Below the pieces are notes generated by a model that searched no databases, was not told the DNA's origin, and was given only the letters and a program-made list of their open reading frames with translations. The position numbers were made by a program, and so were the translations under genes. Shown here piece by piece: positions 29,082 through 38,392 of a stretch of DNA of 55,769 bases. The DNA is from a virus. Taxonomy: Duplodnaviria; Caudoviricetes. Numbering within the stretch: the first letter of the stretch is position 1; each line of letters opens with the position of its first letter. The stretch covers positions 1-55,769 of IMG/VR virus record IMGVR_UViG_3300013137_000025, one strand, 5' to 3'.

Positions 29082-30544
29082 TACGCCTCCTCAAACTCAA
29101 GGGTGAAAGTTGCCCTGTTGAGGCTCCAATGCCTAGATGCATTCTTAGTTATCCGAATCACTCCGACCATTACACTCGGAATTCCCTCAATCTTGGGCCG
29201 GAGAGCAATCATGTAACCTCGTTTTACCCAAGCTTCAAGTGTCCTCATGTCCTGATAGATAGCTACGTCAACATCCCGGAATTCCGCAGACAGGATGAAC
29301 TTGGGCCTCTCATAGACATCTGTCGTGATCTGTTTCAACGACCCATTGGCAAGCCTGTTCCTCTTCCATATTTCAACCGGCTGAACTTGTATCGTTTCAG
29401 GGTCAGGAAAATCGTCAATCATGTAATAGCCATTGGCTTCTTGGGAGGTTCCATGGGCATGTTCGATTACCACGTCGTCAACATCAAAAGCCGTGTTCTG
29501 GCCCTGCGTTAGCATTAGCCTAACTATCCATCGGTTTCCTCTATTATATGCTTGCTTTGATGTATCTTCGGCAGAAGAGAAGCTCCACTCGTTGTCGGTG
29601 TCCGTATTTGGATAAGCCGACACCAGCGCCTCCCGCTCAGTCCATCCGCTGGTTAGTGTCGTAGCTCCAAGCACCTGCCCCACTAAGAGCCCGTCGGTGT
29701 CAAAGCTTCCCAACTCAGCTGCCCCTAAAACAGTGTCAGCATCTCCTCTGGTGATATAGTCGCCAGTAGCATCAGCTATCCCTGCTTGGATGTAGGCACG
29801 CTGGTTTACAATGGGGAATCTATCAAAGCACTGCCCAAGTCTATAGCTGCACGAAAATCTCCACCTCCTGACACCTGGTATAAAGCTGTTTACATCGCCA
29901 ACTCTTTGTAGGTCTTGAGAAGAATTGCCAGCAGTGGAATTGTTGCAATACAGACGAACACCTCGCATGGATTCATAGGAATAATCATCAAGTCCCTGTA
30001 TTGCAGCATTAGCTGTTAACCATAACAAAGAATCTCTTTCATTATACCTTTTTATAGGACACACACCGAAGGTTTTATTGGATCCAAACGCAACGCTTCT
30101 AGCGCTCCATCCAAGCGGAACCGTCCTAATAAGAATCTGGTCCCCCACAGCATAGGTCGCTGTTGGGACCGTCATGTGAGTATTAGAGGCGTATTTCGTA
30201 AAAGCCGATATAGTATAACCTGAGATGGTTCTTATAGAAACCTTTTCAATTGTTCCATCATATGTCTCATCGGTTGAAGGTCCCAGTATCAATTCGCTTC
30301 CAAACAAAGCATCGGCCGGATTTGGCGTTCCTCCAGAAGTTGTGGGAAGCCATCCATGAAGATAAAACGGACTTAGCATGTAATCAGAACAAATGGATGA
30401 GTCTAAGGTTATGGCTGTATCCCAACTCGCCCCTGCTGCTATCCCATCGTATTGAACCCCGAACTTGGCGAACCGATCATAATTCTCGAATGAATCATAG
30501 AACGCAACAACACCAAGCTCCCAATTGTCTACCGAAGAACTCAT
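29081..30544 (-). CDS. Tail structural protein (distal-tail-like with carbohydrate-binding insert)
   Basis: Position in tail module; C-terminal TFTLEFEE beta-strand. Confidence 0.5.
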   Translation of the reverse strand: MSSSVDNWELGVVAFYDSFENYDRFAKFGVQYDGIAAGASWDTAITLDSSICSDYMLSPFYLHGWLPTTSGGTPNPADALFGSELILGPSTDETYDGTIEKVSIRTISGYTISAFTKYASNTHMTVPTATYAVGDQILIRTVPLGWSARSVAFGSNKTFGVCPIKRYNERDSLLWLTANAAIQGLDDYSYESMRGVRLYCNNSTAGNSSQDLQRVGDVNSFIPGVRRWRFSCSYRLGQCFDRFPIVNQRAYIQAGIADATGDYITRGDADTVLGAAELGSFDTDGLLVGQVLGATTLTSGWTEREALVSAYPNTDTDNEWSFSSAEDTSKQAYNRGNRWIVRLMLTQGQNTAFDVDDVVIEHAHGTSQEANGYYMIDDFPDPETIQVQPVEIWKRNRLANGSLKQITTDVYERPKFILSAEFRDVDVAIYQDMRTLEAWVKRGYMIALRPKIEGIPSVMVGVIRITKNASRHWSLNRATFTLEFEEA

Positions 30545-30560
30545 CCTTTGCCCTCGTTCC

Positions 30561-30920
30561 TCACTTCTCGGCCATCTTGGGTGTTATGGTCCCGAAAATC
30601 TTGGAGTGAGTCGCCTCGATCTTCGACTCAATGTTATACCTGGCAACATCCACTCCGGCCCTAGTTAGTTCCTTGACGCCATTTTGCATGACCCAAGTGA
30701 ACTTCTCCTTACCCTTCCCTTCCCCCTTGAACACAACCTCGGCCGACCGCACAAACCCATCGAGGGTCTGGCTGATCTTCTGTTCCTCCACTATAGATAG
30801 TTCGATTCCTATCTTTTTGAACCACCGGATCAAGGCGGGAATAGCAATTGCGGTAATAACAAGAGATATAATCGGAACAAGTAGTCCTGTTACCAGTTCG
30901 GAAAGGATTTCTTGCCACAT
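30561..30920 (-). CDS. Holin (LL-H-like)
   Basis: N-terminal TM then VRSAE..KGEGKGKEKF..IESKIEA. Confidence 0.7.
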   Translation of the reverse strand: MWQEILSELVTGLLVPIISLVITAIAIPALIRWFKKIGIELSIVEEQKISQTLDGFVRSAEVVFKGEGKGKEKFTWVMQNGVKELTRAGVDVARYNIESKIEATHSKIFGTITPKMAEK

Positions 30921-31051
30921 GGTATTATTCTCCTATTCTCCCAACGGCCACTTCTTCCTTCGTGTCTGCCAAAAAAGTTTCTGTAGCACCTCTACATTAC
31001 GCACCATTCCCCAATCTGCCCCACTTGCCCAGGCGAGCCATCGTCCACTCC

Positions 31052-31214
31052 TGGTTTACCGAACCTGACTAAACCACAAGTTCGGAAGGCTACCTTTCTT
31101 CGGCCATTTTTGACGCTTCAACGAGATTAGCCGCAAGCGGTCTTACAATCTCTCCACGCCCGTTTTTTACTTGGTCGGTGAACCCGCCCCCGCCCAAGAT
31201 ACTTAATACTTGCC
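31052..31214 (-). mobile_element. IS200/IS605-IS607-type tnpB 3'-end / omegaRNA-like remnant
   Basis: GCAAGTATTAA(G)TATCTTG (ASINIL-like), GGGCGTGGAGAGATTGTAAGACC and TCGTTGAAGCGTCAA resemble tnpB tails; downstream hairpin/pseudoknot; no tnpB ORF. Confidence 0.5.
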
Positions 31215-31251
31215 TTTTGATGTTTAGGTAGGTTTGTGGCGATAAAGTCAG

Positions 31252-31779
31252 TTATTCGGAAACTGTTCCCACCTCCTCTGCCGCCATCGCGGCCCTGAAA
31301 CTGCGGTAGCACTGCGCGACTGCCGCCACGTCGGCCCGATGCACCGTGTAGCGCCCCTCTCCCCTGCTGATGGCTCCCGATCCGGCCTCGGCGAGCGTAG
31401 CGCGCCACAGGCGCCGCGTGGCCGCGTCCCAGGCATCGTAGCCCACTATCACCATGTCCACGTAGAGAGGATCCCTGGAGGCTCCTGGGGAGCCTGGAGA
31501 CGCGACCTCGATGTCGAGCCCGGCGAGGGATGAGTCAGCGTCCACAGCGGCCTGGAACGCCATCGCCAGGGACTGAGACGCGAGGCTGTCGGCGCGGGCC
31601 ATGGCTGCTGCGGCTGCGGCCCGCTCCGCTGCGACCTCCACGGCAAGCTCGGCCTGGGCCTGGGCCAGCGCCACGGCGGCCGAGTCCTGTTCTGCCGCTA
31701 CCTCCGGGACCAGAAATGCCTGGGCCTGGGCCAGCAGAGGCGTTGCGAGTATCAGTACGACTACGATGAGCCTTGTCAT
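31252..31779 (-). CDS. Ala-rich protein with signal peptide
   Basis: MTRLIVVVLILATPLLAQAQA resembles a Sec signal with AxA site. Confidence 0.7.
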   Translation of the reverse strand: MTRLIVVVLILATPLLAQAQAFLVPEVAAEQDSAAVALAQAQAELAVEVAAERAAAAAAMARADSLASQSLAMAFQAAVDADSSLAGLDIEVASPGSPGASRDPLYVDMVIVGYDAWDAATRRLWRATLAEAGSGAISRGEGRYTVHRADVAAVAQCYRSFRAAMAAEEVGTVSE

Positions 31780-31793
31780 GTCTCTCCCCCGCG

Positions 31794-34700
31794 TTACGGG
31801 TTGCCTGCCTCTGTAGCGCCACTGCCGATGTCCTCAAGCGCGCCGTAGATCGTGCCGGTAATGCTGACGCCCGCCGCGCCGCTGGTAAGGTGGATGTTGC
31901 CGGTCACGTCACCCCCAACCACTCGGCTGGAGTCGCCAGCTGCGGTCAGAACCAGGGGCGTGCCGCCGGACGAAAACACCGGGCTGATGAGGCTGGCGCG
32001 TCCCGCCTCAATGCTGACACCCCGGTCGTCGGCGTCCGCGATCCGCAGATTGCTGGCGACGAAGAACCTCCCGGTCACGACCAGCCCGTCGTCGTCAGAG
32101 TCCCGCACCACCACATCCTCAGCCGTGCCGTGGGCGCCCTTCCACCTGATCGCGGGCTTGCCGCCACCAGCGCTGCCTGGCGCGGTGTAGGCGGTCAGCC
32201 CGGAGATGGTCACCGAGTCGCCCGTTACGGTCACCGCTGCGGTGTCCGTGCTGGAGGCGTTGCCGATCACCGTCCCTGGCCCGCTCCCCCGCAGCGTCAT
32301 GCCCACAGGCACGCTCGTAACGGGGTTCGGCAGGTAGCCCCGCGCGATCTCGACCACCCGCCGCCCGACGTTGCTCGCCGCGTCGATGGCGTCCTGCACG
32401 GTCCAGAAGTCTCCGCGCCCGGCAGAGTCCACCACGGCCGCCTCGCCAATCGTCGGCTGCTCGTAGTCGTAACGCGCCATGGCCAGGTCCACCAGGCGCG
32501 GGTCCGGGATCACCGACTTGAGCCCGGTCGAGCCACCGAACACGTAGCCGCCGCCCAGGCTATCGACCCCGGCGATGCGCCAGAAGTCGCCATCAGCCAG
32601 CGTGCCGCAGGACGCGCACGTATCCGTCTTGACCACGGCGCCCCACTTGTCGCGGATCTCAATGCTGTTCGGGTGGACGAGCATCACGTCGCCCGTCGTC
32701 TGGTTCACCTTGACGCGAGTGGTGTTGGCGGTCAGGAGCGTGTCGACGTATGGGCTCTGGATGAATCTTTGCATCCTGTCGTATTCATCACCCATTTGCT
32801 CGGCCGTCATCACGTATGGCAGGATCTTGAGGTTTGTCATTTCGCCAGCAAACGACAACTGCCATGAGCCACCCCACAGAGAGCCTATTGTAACAGGGGC
32901 TGCGGTGTTTTCCATTGCAGTGTATGACAGGTAGTCTCCGCTGGTGTCATCAACCCGACGTCCGTCAATGTAGATGGCAAACCCAGAGCTTGCAGCGTTG
33001 CCGCTATACGTGGCAACTACGTGCTTTAGCATCCCTCCGTAAGGATAGAATGTGTTCCATCGCCTACCAATGCGCGCCCCAGTGCTATTGTCCCATGCGT
33101 AGAACGACAACAGCCCGGAGCCATCGAGGTAAAACTCCCACTCCAGCATGTTAGGAGCGACGAGCTTGTCCACGATCACGCGGTTTGCTTCAAGCCCCGA
33201 CGACGGCTTTAGCCAAACCGAGATCGAGAAGGGGCGATCCACAGAGGCATTACCAAACGACAGACTGTCGTGGTCACTGACATAGATCCTGTCGCTCGTC
33301 CCGTTAAATGTCCAGTAATGTGACCCCGGCGCACTTGCGCTCGCCGTAAACGTCGGCAAGTCGCTGCTGTCTGCCCGCGTCTTTACAAGCCCGCGTCCAC
33401 TCACATCTGCCGTGCCGCCTCCAGCCCACGCCGCCATCACGTTCCCGTGCATGACCGGGGAGACGTAGCGGTTGTTGATCTCCTGCCTGCTCCCGTTCGT
33501 ATTGTCCCCCACCTTCAGGTCGCGGATCGTCAACCCGCCCATGCCACCGTACATGATGCGTGGCGCATCTTGGCCTGATCCAGACATGCCTGGCAGAAGT
33601 GCCAAGGCATGTCTCTCGGTCGGCACTCCACGAGTCGCCAGTTCCTGGTCCCAGGTCCACGAGTCGCCAGTAATGGCCAAGGCGCTTTCGCGCCAGGATA
33701 GTGTCGTGGTAGCGTAGACTCCGCCACGGTTAGCGCCAGAGGCACCCTCCCAAGTGATTGCCCCCACAGCCAAGACCGATGCGTCAGATGACACAGAAAC
33801 TGAGGTACCGAAATAGTCGCCATCTGCGGCATCAGCGGCCTCTATTACTGATCCGCGCTGCACCCAAGCGGACCCGCTCCAGTCGTAGATGTAGACTCCA
33901 CCTCGATCTTCGCCAGAAACACCTTCCCAAACGATTGCCCCCACAGCCAGGACCGAGGCGTCAGATGATAGGGAGACTGAGCGGCCGAACTGGTCGTCGT
34001 CTGCGGCATCATCAGCCTCTAGTACATCTCCGCGCTGTACCCAGGCGGACCCATTCCAGTCGTAGATGTAGACTCCACCTCGACCTGTGCCAGGGGCATC
34101 TTCCCAACCGTTTGCACCTACAGCCATGACTAAGGCGTCAGATGACACAGAAACCGACATACCGAACTGGTCGCCATCTGCGGCATCACCAGCCTCTATT
34201 ACTGCTCCGCGCTGTACCCAGGCGGAATCACTCCAGTCGTAGATGTAGACTCCGCCACGGTTAGCGCCAGGGGCATCTTCCCAACCGCATGCACCTACAG
34301 CCAGGACCGAGGCATCGGATGACAGGGAAATAGAGATACCGAAATAGTCGCCATCTGCGGCATCACCAGCCTCTATTACTGATCCGCGCTGCACCCAGGC
34401 GGAATCACTCCAGTCGTAGATGTAGACTCCACCTCGATCTTCGCCAGGGGCATCTTCCCAACCGCATGCACCTACAGCCAAGACCGAGGCGTCAGATGAC
34501 AGGGAAATGGAGGCGCCGAAATTGTCATCGTCTGCGGCATCATCAGCCTCTAGTACATCTCCGCGCTGTACCCAGGCGGACCCATTCCAGTCGTAGATGT
34601 AGACTCCACCTCGACCTGTGCCAGGGGAACCCTCCCAGCCTTGTGCCCCTACAGCTAAAACCGAGGCGTCAGATGACACAGAAACCGACATACAGAACTG

Positions 34701-35738
34701 GTCATTGTCTGCGGCATCAGCAGCTTCAAGTACTGTTGATGCAAGCGCCACAACCTGGTGGTCGTGCAACCCGCGCATGGCCATCGCACCGGTCGTGTTA
34801 CTGCGAGCAACGCGGGCTCCCGTAGCATCAAAGCCAAGCCACGTCAGACCGCCAGTCGTCGGCGTCACCGTGTATTGCAGCCGCCTGCCCAGCGCATCGA
34901 CGTGAAACGGCCACGGCGAGCGCATCGCTGCGACGGCGTTGACGGTGTTGTTGACGAGGGCGGGAGAGGAGGACATGAGCGTCCATCCAGCCGAAGAATT
35001 GCGAGCAGCCAAGGCCCCGTTGTAACGATAATGTCCGGCAGTAGTCCAGGCATTCACGGCATCAAAAAGCTCGTCGATGGCTAAGAAGCCCATGTTCGAC
35101 AAGCCGCCGGTAGTTATTACGCCATCATTCCATGCCACATCCGTTAAGCCAGCTACGCCAGAAATGATATTGTTAGAGCCAAACACGTACGACCTCACCG
35201 GCGTCACGCTCGGGTTCAGCGCATCGAGCCACCGCAGCGTATCGCCCGCCGTGCTGACGCCGAGGATGGCGAGATCGGGCACCCGCGTGCCGTCGGTGCG
35301 CCAGAGCGAGGTGTTCGTCTCGGCCGCTCGGAATGCGTCGTAGCTCCAGACCTGCGCCGGGTCGTGCAGGTTGACGGCGACCAGGCGCTTGACGCTGCTG
35401 GCGATGGTGGTATCGGTGAAGCGGAGACGCGCACCACTAACTCCAAGTCCACTATTCCCAAGCGCAACAAGGCTGCTAATCGCGGTTAAAGAATCAAGAT
35501 CTGTTCTTCCGGAGATTCTCGCCTTGGCTGTTGTTGTGGACGAGTCGGCGGGATTGCCAACTATAAGCTTCGTAGTGATGGCATTCCCGGTGATGAGGGA
35601 ATCGCCCTCGGTGGTCTTAAACCCGTAGGGAGCTATTACTGTTCTGGCCGTCAGTATGGACGTATCGGTGGCCAGCAACAATCCTCCCATGACTACAATT
35701 GCCCACCACCATCCAATCTTCTTAGCACGATCGATCAT
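31794..35738 (-). CDS. Receptor-binding/adhesin-like protein: FG-GAP-like propeller repeats, LamG/ConA-like domain, beta-helix C-terminus
   Basis: Six 59-aa FG.SVS.SSD..VLAVGA repeats; FSISVW..HVVATY..IYIDG LamG pattern; TVQDAIDAA..TLRGSG pectin-lyase-like start. Confidence 0.8.
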   Translation of the reverse strand: MIDRAKKIGWWWAIVVMGGLLLATDTSILTARTVIAPYGFKTTEGDSLITGNAITTKLIVGNPADSSTTTAKARISGRTDLDSLTAISSLVALGNSGLGVSGARLRFTDTTIASSVKRLVAVNLHDPAQVWSYDAFRAAETNTSLWRTDGTRVPDLAILGVSTAGDTLRWLDALNPSVTPVRSYVFGSNNIISGVAGLTDVAWNDGVITTGGLSNMGFLAIDELFDAVNAWTTAGHYRYNGALAARNSSAGWTLMSSSPALVNNTVNAVAAMRSPWPFHVDALGRRLQYTVTPTTGGLTWLGFDATGARVARSNTTGAMAMRGLHDHQVVALASTVLEAADAADNDQFCMSVSVSSDASVLAVGAQGWEGSPGTGRGGVYIYDWNGSAWVQRGDVLEADDAADDDNFGASISLSSDASVLAVGACGWEDAPGEDRGGVYIYDWSDSAWVQRGSVIEAGDAADGDYFGISISLSSDASVLAVGACGWEDAPGANRGGVYIYDWSDSAWVQRGAVIEAGDAADGDQFGMSVSVSSDALVMAVGANGWEDAPGTGRGGVYIYDWNGSAWVQRGDVLEADDAADDDQFGRSVSLSSDASVLAVGAIVWEGVSGEDRGGVYIYDWSGSAWVQRGSVIEAADAADGDYFGTSVSVSSDASVLAVGAITWEGASGANRGGVYATTTLSWRESALAITGDSWTWDQELATRGVPTERHALALLPGMSGSGQDAPRIMYGGMGGLTIRDLKVGDNTNGSRQEINNRYVSPVMHGNVMAAWAGGGTADVSGRGLVKTRADSSDLPTFTASASAPGSHYWTFNGTSDRIYVSDHDSLSFGNASVDRPFSISVWLKPSSGLEANRVIVDKLVAPNMLEWEFYLDGSGLLSFYAWDNSTGARIGRRWNTFYPYGGMLKHVVATYSGNAASSGFAIYIDGRRVDDTSGDYLSYTAMENTAAPVTIGSLWGGSWQLSFAGEMTNLKILPYVMTAEQMGDEYDRMQRFIQSPYVDTLLTANTTRVKVNQTTGDVMLVHPNSIEIRDKWGAVVKTDTCASCGTLADGDFWRIAGVDSLGGGYVFGGSTGLKSVIPDPRLVDLAMARYDYEQPTIGEAAVVDSAGRGDFWTVQDAIDAASNVGRRVVEIARGYLPNPVTSVPVGMTLRGSGPGTVIGNASSTDTAAVTVTGDSVTISGLTAYTAPGSAGGGKPAIRWKGAHGTAEDVVVRDSDDDGLVVTGRFFVASNLRIADADDRGVSIEAGRASLISPVFSSGGTPLVLTAAGDSSRVVGGDVTGNIHLTSGAAGVSITGTIYGALEDIGSGATEAGNP
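33715..34735. repeat. 177-bp tandem coding repeat, six units
   Basis: TCAGATGA-type anchor at 33784, 33961, 34138, 34315 (TCGGATGA), 34492, 34669. Confidence 0.9.
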
Positions 35739-35746
35739 TGTCCCCG

Positions 35747-36076
35747 TTACCTCTCGAAGGTTTGGAAACCGGCGAACTCATTCCCGTCTTGTTCGTCAGA
35801 AGGATCTGATCCCCACTTCCAACGAGGAACCTGATTGGTGACATCGGGCCAAATTCTGATATCGCCCCACCTCCCAGGCGCATCCCAAGTAACGCTCCCC
35901 CAAGGACCTGATCCTCCGGCCCCCAATCCGAAATAGGTTGATCCATCATTGGATGCTTGAATCTCGCCAGTTGCTGAATCATACTTGATTCTTGGATTAG
36001 AAGCTCCTGATCCAATATCAAGAATCACATGGATATCTTCATCCAAGCCATTTCCGGCAGCAAAGCTATAGGCCAT
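35747..36076 (-). CDS. Hypothetical virion protein
   Basis: TAATG-coupled in tail module. Confidence 0.65.
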   Translation of the reverse strand: MAYSFAAGNGLDEDIHVILDIGSGASNPRIKYDSATGEIQASNDGSTYFGLGAGGSGPWGSVTWDAPGRWGDIRIWPDVTNQVPRWKWGSDPSDEQDGNEFAGFQTFER

Positions 36077-38388
36077 TACCTAACCTCACCAGGGTAATAG
36101 TTCCCAGCCCTAATAACCCATGTGTAATTTCCCTCGGCTGGCTTATCGGCGTCGTTCACCTTGTATCTTGCCACGCCATCCTCGTAGGTATCTGGAACCC
36201 CTGAATTAGACATATCAGAGAAGTATGGAATCGAATCATCTGTTTCGCTTTCAACATGGACATCGACACTTCCGTCGTCATCAAGTCCAAATCCATGTAA
36301 TCCATATCGAATGGAATCAGGCAAAACATCAATTGCGTAGGCGTGCCTATCGGATCTTTGGGTTAAGGTGGCTATGGTTCCTGGTATATACTCCGGGAAA
36401 CCCGCTCCAGCTTCCGTGGCATCAAGGTGTGTTGGAAGAAACGTCGTGAAAGAGTCATAATAAGTTACGGCCATTTCACGATGCTGATAAGTTTCACTTG
36501 GATCTTCTCTAATCAATAATACAATTGATGCATCACCTCCAACGCCGTAAGAGCATTTATTTATGGTGCATCCAGTTTCAGATGATGCTGATACATAGAC
36601 AGCTTGGTCGCTTCCATCCATCACCTCCACTCTGGCGTTAGTTATCGAGGAGGGTATGGTTCTTCCTAAGTCATCCGTTGCAAGAGCCCCGCTTCCAAAC
36701 GTCAGAACCGTCTCTCCGGTTATGGTTAAAGTTTTCCAGTAGGTTTCGAAATCTTCAGCAGCGCCAGTGTATATCAGGAGGTCGACCTTACCGTCGGCGT
36801 CCCCGCCATAGGTTCTCTTGTATATTGTGAATCCAAATTGATCAATACTTGTTGGATCTATGTAAGATTGTCTATCTAACCTATTTAGAAATATGATTTT
36901 AGGATTAGTCAAAGATGCAGGAAGAGCGATCTCTTTATGATGATCAGTAAGATCGCTCCAAGCCACCTCTGTTCCCGTGATACTTGTTACATCAAGGCCT
37001 CTGACAAAATAAGTGATTCCATTAGCGCCGTTCTTTGTCGCCGGACTAGAATCAATCCTGTGGCTAAAGCGCCTATATTCATCCTCCGAACTCGGGTCTC
37101 CCACGGAGGTGGTAATGGTGTCGTGGTCGATTACCACCGTGTCATCATTAGTATATATCAACCGGAAATTAAAATGAATCCAGTCACTCCCAGGATCGCT
37201 TGGTATATACCAAGTAAACTCGGCTCCGTCCCAAGTATCAAAATAGGTATTAAACGGATCGATCAAAATGGGTGGGGCAGGAAGCATGTTTATGGAGATG
37301 GCGCTTGCCTGATGCCATTCTCCATCTGCTGTTCCATCATTGGCTCGCACGCGTATCAACACAGAGTCGTTAGCGTAGGCACTTGTTAGATCTGACGCAG
37401 AATTCCAAACAAATATACTCGTGCCTTCGGATAACCCGGACACTCCACTATGATCCGGATCGGTGTCAAGCGCACAACAGTCAAGCCATTCCTCTCCATC
37501 GTCAACACTATACTGCATATCCACAGAGAATTCTGTAACACTCTCGCAGTAAGTTGTTATTGTGTATACTATGTCTATAGGCGATCCATAAACAGAATCA
37601 GAAAGAGGGGCTGTGATATTGCATATTGGAAGCATGTCAACTTGAAACGGAGAAGACTCTTCCCATTCTCCGTATCCAAATCCACTATTAGCCCTAATCT
37701 TAATTTTGATCCCAACCTGACTATAATCTTCACCCAAATCAGCAACACTATCCCACACAAAAACCTGTCCACCTAAACCTAAATAAACAACCCCCGTATG
37801 ATCTGGATCAGAGGCGTCAGCAGTACACGAACTCCATGACTCGCCTCCATCCTCGCTATATTCAACCTCAACACTGAACAAAACATTTGTTTTCAAACAA
37901 GATATGACATACGATATGTCTACCGGCTCTCCAACAACTCCCCCATTAGGAGCAGATATGGAGATAGAAGGAAGTAAGTTTACAAAAAATGAATCACTTT
38001 CAATCCAATCATCATAATTTGCTCCGTCATATGATCGCAATCTCAAAACTACACTTCCATCATAGCCCTTTCCAACATCTTCTTCTGCGTCCCACATAAA
38101 CACGTGACCTGTCCCGTCATCATCAGCAGATAGCCCAATAAGTCCTTCGTGGGAGGAGCTACTAGAGTCTCCTGAACAAGTATAGAAATCTTCTCCGCTA
38201 TTTATACTGTATTCCATTTCGATAGAAACATCAGACAATCCAACATCTGACTCAAGTACATACAACACCGGAACAGGAGTTCCAAGTGTAACCCCTTCAG
38301 TTGGACTAGTAAACGAGGTGCTCTTCACATTGCTCTTATATACTTCTCTGGTTCTTGATTCGGATTGTCCCTGATAGGATATCAGCAT
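36076..38388 (-). CDS. Virion protein with three Ig/Fn3-like repeats
   Basis: Repeated EYS.DGGE.W..C, FVWD..DLG, IR.R..DG..G.W. Confidence 0.7.
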   Translation of the reverse strand: MLISYQGQSESRTREVYKSNVKSTSFTSPTEGVTLGTPVPVLYVLESDVGLSDVSIEMEYSINSGEDFYTCSGDSSSSSHEGLIGLSADDDGTGHVFMWDAEEDVGKGYDGSVVLRLRSYDGANYDDWIESDSFFVNLLPSISISAPNGGVVGEPVDISYVISCLKTNVLFSVEVEYSEDGGESWSSCTADASDPDHTGVVYLGLGGQVFVWDSVADLGEDYSQVGIKIKIRANSGFGYGEWEESSPFQVDMLPICNITAPLSDSVYGSPIDIVYTITTYCESVTEFSVDMQYSVDDGEEWLDCCALDTDPDHSGVSGLSEGTSIFVWNSASDLTSAYANDSVLIRVRANDGTADGEWHQASAISINMLPAPPILIDPFNTYFDTWDGAEFTWYIPSDPGSDWIHFNFRLIYTNDDTVVIDHDTITTSVGDPSSEDEYRRFSHRIDSSPATKNGANGITYFVRGLDVTSITGTEVAWSDLTDHHKEIALPASLTNPKIIFLNRLDRQSYIDPTSIDQFGFTIYKRTYGGDADGKVDLLIYTGAAEDFETYWKTLTITGETVLTFGSGALATDDLGRTIPSSITNARVEVMDGSDQAVYVSASSETGCTINKCSYGVGGDASIVLLIREDPSETYQHREMAVTYYDSFTTFLPTHLDATEAGAGFPEYIPGTIATLTQRSDRHAYAIDVLPDSIRYGLHGFGLDDDGSVDVHVESETDDSIPYFSDMSNSGVPDTYEDGVARYKVNDADKPAEGNYTWVIRAGNYYPGEVR

Positions 38389-38392
38389 GCCA

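Noticed and set aside
31773-32867. 364-aa plus-strand ORF
   Set aside because: Antisense shadow of the GC-rich adhesin gene
18979-38388. Diversity-generating retroelement or invertible tail-fibre shufflon
   Set aside because: No reverse transcriptase or invertase, and no adenine-specific TR/VR pair seen
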